A stretch of DNA of 64,000 nt from Zancudomyces culisetae HAW-14-8. Lineage: Eukaryota > Fungi > Kickxellomycota. Positions 56,361 through 64,000 of this stretch are shown piece by piece; within the stretch, counting starts at the first letter, position 1; each line of letters begins with the position of its first letter. Made by a program: the position numbers and the translations under genes. The notes beneath the pieces were generated by a model. The model saw only the letters and a list, made by a program, of their open reading frames with translations, did not search any database and was not told where the DNA came from. The DNA is taken from positions 124,001 to 188,000 of the forward strand of contig JBNJNM010000021.1 in assembly GCA_052426225.1 (NCBI GenBank), given 5' to 3'.

Positions 56361-57161
56361 ATGAAAGTACAAACTCTATACATGTGTGTGTCATCATTGT
56401 TGGGGTATGCAGCGGCTCAGCAAGGGAGTGCCAGAATTGTTGGAGGCACTGATGCAAGTATTGGAAAGTATCCATTTGCAGTATATATTATTAACAACGC
56501 ATCTGGATCGCTATGCGGTGGGTCGTTGCTAAGTGGTGATTGGGTGATCACAGCAGCGCATTGTGCAAAGGATGTAAAGCCTGAGGATTTGAAAGTAACT
56601 GTTGGGGAAACAAAATTTGTAACTGACAAGGGGATTGCAGTGACTCAAAATATTATACATCCAGATTATGGGAATGCAGGCGATAAGAATGACATAGCAC
56701 TCTTCAAACTAGAAAAAAAGGTGGATTATCAACCAATAAAGATATACACAGACAATTTGGGTGATGGAGAGCAAGTTAAGGCATTGGGGTGGGGATTAGA
56801 ATCCTCAACCGCAACAACACCCTCCAATAATCTAAAGGAGGTCACTCTAAAGCTTATTTCCACGGATGAATGCAGGAAACGAGTTAGTTCCTTTGAAGGA
56901 AACGGTGTGGGATCCCAATACTGCACTGGGGGTACGCCCGGAAAGGATACATGCTCGGGAGACTCAGGTGGACCGCTAGTTAAAGAAAAAGATGGTAACT
57001 GGAGGCTGGTTGGGCTTACTAGTTATGGTGCATGGGACCAACGGGCCGACGTATCTGATATCTGTGGCACTGAAGAGATTGTAGCAATATACACCAGAGT
57101 TTCGAGCTTTATGGATTTCATAACATCCAATACGGGGTTAAGCAGCTCTGACATTTCTTAG
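56361..57161 (+). CDS. Secreted trypsin-like serine protease (S1A)
   Basis: Signal peptide, R/IVGG activation site, TAAHC, NDIAL and GKDTCSGDSGGP (Asp in the S1 pocket). TATAAATA at 56143-56150. Confidence 0.95.
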   Translation: MKVQTLYMCVSSLLGYAAAQQGSARIVGGTDASIGKYPFAVYIINNASGSLCGGSLLSGDWVITAAHCAKDVKPEDLKVTVGETKFVTDKGIAVTQNIIHPDYGNAGDKNDIALFKLEKKVDYQPIKIYTDNLGDGEQVKALGWGLESSTATTPSNNLKEVTLKLISTDECRKRVSSFEGNGVGSQYCTGGTPGKDTCSGDSGGPLVKEKDGNWRLVGLTSYGAWDQRADVSDICGTEEIVAIYTRVSSFMDFITSNTGLSSSDIS

Positions 57162-58201
57162 ACGACATGTGTATATACTTTCTATCAATAGACTTACTAG
57201 TATTATTATTTATACAATTGCCTTGTTTTCTTTTTTTCTCAAAAATGTAAATATATTTTAGAGTTGTTTAATAAATATGATGAAAAACAATATTAAAGAG
57301 GGAAAAGCGGTGTTGTACCTAGTTTTTATTCCATTGCATGGGCTGGGCGAGTATTTAAAAAAAGAGAACTCCCCCCTCAAAAAAATAGTTAGTGAATTGG
57401 ATGTTTGAAGGAAACATAACGATACTATTTGCATTTTCATGGTGAAGTGATATTGGTGGCGAAGAAGATATCATGTAGTTTGATCATATAAATCATAGAA
57501 CCACGCTTGGGAATATATTCTAAAAGTCCTGGGGAGGGATTACAAGAGGATATACATTCCAAAGCAATTAAATAGGCCAAAAATATGGTATTTCGCCACA
57601 TCTTTTGTTGGTGGTTTCAGCTAGGAAAGAATGGCCAAAAACCCGACAGTTTGGATGGTCAGTAACTGGCTGTATAATTTTGAATTGAGTTGCCCAATAG
57701 TTTCAGGGAAGAGTTTTTGTGAAATAGGTGTTTACTCGATTTATTTTTTGGAGATGAGTTTGAGAGTTAAGTGGAGGGATGGTATTGAAAAATAAAGCAA
57801 ATTGAGAGGTAAAAATAGGGAGAACAATAACGATATTTCAAATTCAAGGCTATTTTGCAAACAATATCGCTACATTTCCGAGAGTTATTTCTATTCCCCC
57901 CTTCCCCCTCCCCTCCCCCATCAGTATTTTCTTTGTTGGGCATCAATATCAATTCTTGTGTACGAAAATAACAACAAAAAAAAAATTTTTTTTTGAGTTT
58001 GTAATTAATATTTTGGTTTTTTACACCAGGCAAATCCCAATTGATTAGAGTCTGGTATTTTAAGGAGCAATAATAAATCATTAAAGTTGAGGTTGTAAAT
58101 TCCAATAATTCATAAATTTGTTACAAAAACAAAATAAAATACGTTAAAACAAAAAAAAAAACACAAACTTGCAACAATAGCAAAACCAAAAAGAAGACTA
58201 A

Positions 58202-60388
58202 ATGACACGCGTCGGGGATATCGAACAAATCTGTGAACAGCTAAGAGGTTTAGGACTGACTAGACCGATGGTAAGCCACGAAAGTGTCGAAACAGTCGAT
58301 GCTTGGGCCAAAGCACTTGATGAACTTAAAAAGGGAAATGCAAGCGCAATTGAAGGCGAATACCAGCTAACAAAGACGCTGATTTTGAAGCCAAAAGTTG
58401 CAAAGGGGGCAGATCCCATCCATGTGATGGTGGTAGCAGCAGCAGATACAGCAGTCAACATGACAAGTCTAGGAAAGGAGCTCAAATACAAAGATTTGAG
58501 ATTTGTGAACGAGGATGTATTAAAGGGAGTTTTCAACACTACAAAGGGTAGCGTGTCACCTTTTGTATTGACAGGAATGGAGGAAGAAAAAAAAGGTACA
58601 GTGCATGTGGTGGTAGACCAGAAGCTTAGCATAGGGGAACAAGGCAAAGAGATAGGGTTTCACCCATTAAACTCTGCACACACAGTGTTTATCGCGGCAG
58701 AGACCCTAAAACGGTATCTGGATGGAGTAAGTGGAGTTAAGGAGGTTAGTGTGCTAGATTTTTCAAAGTTGGCTGCAGGAGGGGCACCAGCAGCACCAGC
58801 AGCAAAGAAAAAGGCAGAGGCAGCACCAGTAAAGGAGGCTAAGATGGATGTTGGGGGAACAAAGTTGGGATTGAGTGCGGGTAAACTAGAGGATTTCCCA
58901 CGGTGGTACCAGCAGGTATTGACATATTCCGAGATGCTGGAGTACTATGATGTTTCAGGGTGTTACATCTTGAGACCATGGGCATATTGTGTGTGGGAGG
59001 AGATCCAAAAGTTCTTTGATGAAAAGATTAAAGAAGCAGGAGTAAAGAACTGTTATTTTCCAATGTTTGTATCATCAAAGGTGTTGAACAAGGAGAAGGA
59101 TCACATTGAAGGGTTTGCACCAGAGGTAGCGTGGGTGACTAAGGCAGGTAGTTCGGATTTGGAGGAGCCAATAGCGATTAGACCAACATCAGAAACAGTG
59201 ATGTATCCATACTTTGCTAAATGGATCCGCAGCCACCGTGACCTTCCACTGCGGATAAATCAGTGGTGTAGTGTAGTGCGATGGGAATTTAAGAACCCAC
59301 AACCATTTTTGCGAACACGAGAGTTTTTGTGGCAGGAAGGACATTGCGCGCATTTGGAGAAGAAGGGAGCAGATGATGAAGTACGACAAATCTTGAAGTT
59401 CTACAAACAAGTGTATGAAGAACTGCTGGCGGTACCAATGATTGATGGAGTAAAATCCGAAAAAGAAAAGTTTGCGGGTGGACTATACACCACCACATTG
59501 GAGGGATACATCCCTGAGACAGGGAGAGGAATCCAGGCAGCTACGTCGCACAATTTGGGACAGAACTTCTCCAAGATGTTCAACATCACAGTTGAAGATC
59601 CCAGCAAACCAGCAACAGCAGGCGAAGAGGCAGGCAAGCTGTGGGTATGGCAAACATCATGGGGGTTGTCGACTCGTGCGCTTGGAGTAATGGTAATGGT
59701 GCATGGAGATGACAAAGGGTTGGTGATTCCACCTCGAGTATGTGGAACTCAGGTAGTGGTAATTCCAGTGGGGTTGACAGTCAAACATACACAAGAGGAT
59801 GGCCGACGTGTACACGACATGTGTTTGGAGATTGAGAGCAGACTACGTAGCTCTGGAATCAGAGCCGAATGCGACTTGCGTGAAAACTACTCACCTGGAT
59901 TCAAATACAACCACTGGGAACTCAAGGGCGTACCGGTCCGACTGGAGGTTGGCCCCAAGGATCTGCAAGCCAACACATGCATTGCTGCCCGCCGTGATAC
60001 AATGGCCAAAACCACACTACGCTTGGACGCCATTGCCCAGCAAGTTGGAGATCTGCTGGAGACCATCCAGGCCGACATGTTTGCTCGTGCCACACAGCGT
60101 CGCGATGAAGGCGTTAAGCTGGTTGAGTCATGGACTGAATTTGTTGCTGCACTTAACGACAAGAAGTTGTGTTATATTCCGTGGTGCCAGGAAACTGAAT
60201 GTGAAGATGCCATCAAGGAAAGGTCTGCTGTGGTTTCAGATGAGCCACAAGATGAACGAGCTCCAAGTATGGGTGCAAAGAGTTTGTGTATTCCTTTCTC
60301 CCAACCCAAAGAACTTACTTCTTCCACCGTCTGTGTACAGTGTGGCAAGCCTGCAGTTTCTTATACTTTGTTTGGAAGATCTTATTAG
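58202..60388 (+). CDS. Cytosolic prolyl-tRNA synthetase with N-terminal YbaK/ProX-like domain
   Basis: KTLILKPK...GSVSPF...FHP N-domain, EGFAPEVAWVT, IRPTSET, FLRTREFLWQEGH, QTSWGLSTR and C-terminal FGRSY. Confidence 0.96.
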   Translation: MTRVGDIEQICEQLRGLGLTRPMVSHESVETVDAWAKALDELKKGNASAIEGEYQLTKTLILKPKVAKGADPIHVMVVAAADTAVNMTSLGKELKYKDLRFVNEDVLKGVFNTTKGSVSPFVLTGMEEEKKGTVHVVVDQKLSIGEQGKEIGFHPLNSAHTVFIAAETLKRYLDGVSGVKEVSVLDFSKLAAGGAPAAPAAKKKAEAAPVKEAKMDVGGTKLGLSAGKLEDFPRWYQQVLTYSEMLEYYDVSGCYILRPWAYCVWEEIQKFFDEKIKEAGVKNCYFPMFVSSKVLNKEKDHIEGFAPEVAWVTKAGSSDLEEPIAIRPTSETVMYPYFAKWIRSHRDLPLRINQWCSVVRWEFKNPQPFLRTREFLWQEGHCAHLEKKGADDEVRQILKFYKQVYEELLAVPMIDGVKSEKEKFAGGLYTTTLEGYIPETGRGIQAATSHNLGQNFSKMFNITVEDPSKPATAGEEAGKLWVWQTSWGLSTRALGVMVMVHGDDKGLVIPPRVCGTQVVVIPVGLTVKHTQEDGRRVHDMCLEIESRLRSSGIRAECDLRENYSPGFKYNHWELKGVPVRLEVGPKDLQANTCIAARRDTMAKTTLRLDAIAQQVGDLLETIQADMFARATQRRDEGVKLVESWTEFVAALNDKKLCYIPWCQETECEDAIKERSAVVSDEPQDERAPSMGAKSLCIPFSQPKELTSSTVCVQCGKPAVSYTLFGRSY

Positions 60389-60457
60389 TCTTTTTTGTTC
60401 ATATTTATTTTATTTTACTTTATAATAAACTCTTTAAATTTGTGCTAATATAAACAT

Positions 60458-62502
60458 CTATCGCTTGTATCGATAGTCCCCTTCTCTCCGTTTATTTCTA
60501 TCACGATCCCTGCCTCTATCCCAATCTCTGTCTCTGTCTCTGTCTCTGTCTCTGTCTCTGTCCCTTTCTCTGTCTCTGTCTCTGTCCCTGTCCCTATCTC
60601 TGTCTCTATCCCTATTTCGTTCTCTATCCCTCTCGTATGGGTAGTGGTGGTAATCCCGATTATTCATTCCCTCGCCTTCTCGCCTTCGTTTATTTCCATG
60701 GTGGTAGTTATGGCCACCCACTTCTTTATACTTGTTGTAATACTCCTGATTATTATCATTATTATTGTTGTTGTTGTTGTTGTTTTCATAGTTGTTGTTG
60801 TTTACTGGTTTCCTTATCATATTATTAAGTTTCATGTTAGCATTCGAATTAGCATTGACATTGGTGTTTACATTAGCACTAAGGTTAGAATTAGGATTGA
60901 CATTTGCATTTGCATTCACATTAGCTGCTGCTACCGCTCTTCGATGATTGTATTCATGTGAAGACTCATATTTCGGCATTTCACGTGGATCTGCTGGATA
61001 TGGTGGCGTTACAAATAACTCGTGCCGCAGTGTTTGCTCTGCCGTTAATCGAAGTTTAGGATCCAGTACCAACAACTTTTCTAGAAAATCTACAATCACT
61101 TTACCATACTTTTTAAAGATATCTTTGATCCCACTACCTCCATTATTGCTGCTTACAAACTCGGTAATCACTCCAACATCCGGTAACGTCTCCCACCCAG
61201 GCCAGTTGTTCTTTGTAGGCACACCACACACTTTGAATATCAACTCTAGCTGTTCAATGTCCGAACTTCCTGGAAACAATGGCCGCCGCAACAACATCTC
61301 CGCAAAGATGCATCCAACCCCCCACATGTCTATCGCACTGCCATACCGCCGATCCCCTAATAACAGCTCTGGTGGTCGGTACCACCGTGTAACCACACAT
61401 TTCGTCAGATCCCTTGGTATTTCTGGATTATGCGGCCGCGCTAGTCCAAAATCTGCTATAAACAACTCGCCCATATTGTTGATCAACAAGTTTGATGCTA
61501 TTCACACATCATTTATTGTTATTATTCGTTTGTTTTAATCATCATTCACTTTTCTAAATAGCTCTTTACCTTTCATATCTCGGTGTATAATATGGTTCTG
61601 ATGTAAATATGTCATTCCCTCACATATTTGTCGCAAATACAACTTGATTTGTGGAATCGTCAATTTAACCTTCGGATTGTCTAGCAGTCCTGTAAGATCA
61701 TGGTCCATATACGGAAATACCATATAAACCGACGATGTCAGTTGCCCGCACTCATCCTCCTCTATTTTATTTAATGCACTCTATTAGTTTAATCTTTCCA
61801 CCTCTTTACAAAAATCTCCACATTTATCCACTCACCATGCTTAACTGCCATATCTAACAATTCCACAACATTCTTGTGTTTCACCGACTTTAGAATCTTG
61901 ATTTCTCTAACTGCCGTTATCGGTATCTATTTTTTTGTATTTTATTTGTCATTTTTACTCATTTGCTCTCATTATCCATTTACAGATAAAATATCTTTTA
62001 ATTATTCTCGTCTTTTTCTTTCTTTATTACCCCTTCTGTCTTGTTTCGTATAAGTATTCTTTTTAGTGCGACTATCCTTCCAGTCTTTCGATGTATCGCT
62101 TTATGCACTTCCCTATTTTATTTACAAGTATTATTATAATCTTTACAAAAAAAAACATTCCTTTAAAATTTGTTTCGAGTACTGTTCATCCATCTAACTA
62201 TATACTTATCTTTCTAATGCTTACCCAAATGTTCCTTCTCCAACTTTTGTCATCAATTTGTAATCTGAAAATTGTGAACAACCTAAAAATACCGGCTGTT
62301 CGGCATCTTCCCTCTCATTAAAACTTTCTTTCTCTCTTTGACCCGCTTGTATTTTTGCCACAGCGGCACCGGAATCATAAGCAGGCGTGCTCCGTGTTGT
62401 GCCCTTATTCTCAGCATAGGTACCATTCAATCTTTCTATCTCCTCCCGCGTTGTGTTCATTTTTTGAAATTTTGTATATTGGTTGTTGTTTACACTCGCC
62501 AT
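60458..62502 (-). CDS. BUR1: BUR1/CDK9-type cyclin-dependent kinase, 5 exons, with Asn-rich and RD-repeat tail
   Basis: Spliced reading gives VGEGTFG/EVHKA, VALKRI, EG/IPITAVREIKIL, YMVFPYMDHDL, HRDMK/ASNLL, ADFGLAR and VVTRWYRPPELLLG. Four GT-AG introns lie between about 61500 and 62224. Confidence 0.85.
60498..60635 (-). repeat. Coding hexamer microsatellite encoding Arg-Asp dipeptide repeats
   Basis: (tctctg)n on the plus strand; protein RDRDRDRDRDRDRERDRDRD... Confidence 0.9.
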
Positions 62503-64000
62503 TTCTAATTCTTCCCGTGATCTCTATTTTACAATTTTGTTTTCGCGATTTCTATGTCTGTAGAAACAAAAAAATAAAACACCCTAAGCCTCTGTATTTC
62601 TTTCTTACTTCTTTGTTTAATTTAACCAGATTTGATAATTGATGTTTTTTTTTGATATTTTGATACCTCTGGATATTTAGCCTTTCTTATTGTGCTCCAC
62701 TTTTTGTTTTGGAATATGGTAACATTCAAAACAATTTGTGCTTTCGGTAGCTAAAGTTCATAAAATAAATACTTGATCCAACACAGTTGTTCTTTTTTAT
62801 TCTGTCCCGGCTACTTTTTAAATATAATTCGCGCGTCCTTAAAGTTTACAATTCTACCTGTCCATATACATCCGCAACGTCTTTGTATCGCTTTAATTGA
62901 ATCTACAATAATATGGAGGTAAGGGAAAAAAGCGTTTCTGCAGCGAATTTTATCATTAATAACTCGCATCATAAATACCAATAAACCAAAAACCAAACCA
63001 CTAATAATCCCAACATGTTTTCAAGACCCTAGTTTACCCCATCCCACTCCCCCCCCCCCCCACGATAAAAATATTTTAATTTTTCCAAATATCCTTCCCA
63101 AGACATGTATTGGCGAATGACAACTTTGGGCGCTTGTTTCGCAGTATTCTCGATAATTAGGTTATATGCACTTTTCAATCATTTCCAGCCTTTTTCTTGA
63201 TGATCAATCCTGTTATCCAGGTTCCTTTGTGTGTACTACACACAGATTCTTGACTGTAAGACATTACTGCGCAAGTATATATCCCATACTCCACCACTAT
63301 TAACTTTTTTTTTTCTTTTCTTTCATCATTCTTTCTCCTTTCCCTCCTTTTTTCGTATTGCAAAAGGTATATTTTTCATAACATTCATTTCGGTCATATT
63401 ACAATACACTCTACTGTAATATACGTCAGTCACCTGTATTTACCTTACCTTGCACTTCTTACTACTACTTCACACTTTTGAGTAATGTGTTCAAGACCAT
63501 GCGTAGTCTTTACTTGCTTTTTATTACTCAATAAGCATGCATTTTCAATTTTTTTGTTTGCTTAGAATGATTTATACGCATTTGCAATATACACATGATC
63601 CACTCACATGTTTTGGTGTTCTACAACACTGACCGAAACTTTCCTCATTTTTTTTTCTCTACACTGACTCCTTCACCCCCCCCCTCCCCCAATTGACCCA
63701 GACAAAACCCTCCCCATCTAAACAAGTCTTTCCAAGCTTTAGGTCGTTTTAGTACATATTTTTGCCAGCTCCTGTAAATCCCATGAATTTTATTTTCCTC
63801 GTCATTCTATTTTTATCATAAATGCCCAATAAATCACGGTTTGCCTCGACACACTTGATTTTGTTCTCCCCTCTCCCGAAAAAATCTGGCTTTCAATCTA
63901 ACTTATATTATACCACTACTCTTTTTTGAATTCCCACCAATCGGAGCATTTGAAAATACATCCGCTTATTAACCATAAACATAAATATCATAATTTATTT

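Overview
AT-rich eukaryotic genomic DNA from a fungus. Short GT-AG introns, many intronless genes and fungal-type proteins point to an early-diverging fungus; an arthropod-gut Harpellales/Kickxellomycotina species is my inference, not proven. Housekeeping genes: ABCC/YCF1-like transporter, WRAP73/WDR8, DAM1, RNase Z (TRZ1), CPA1, PEX13, a TrhO/YceA-type rhodanese, SDH2, SYO1/HEATR3, a YCII protein, prolyl-tRNA synthetase and a BUR1/CDK9-type kinase. Accessory content: five secreted glycine-rich low-complexity proteins in two families, a GPI-type protein, a trypsin, a hAT-derived BED-finger gene, two recent segmental duplications and probable retroelement relics. Four observations stand out. 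(1) An unannotated 25-codon uORF upstream of CPA1 encodes an arginine-attenuator-like peptide with D12/Y13/W19 in register. (2) The Gly-rich secreted set, with polybasic cleavage sites, a hydrophobic GAV core or a 9-residue Asn/Gly solenoid-like repeat, is a candidate fungal adhesive or fibre system. (3) A G/A-to-C/T strand-skew switch falls inside genes, near the midpoint of convergent gene pairs. (4) The TrhO-like protein is bacterial-type and carries a putative mitochondrial presequence. All family assignments come from motif recognition by eye; no searches were run.
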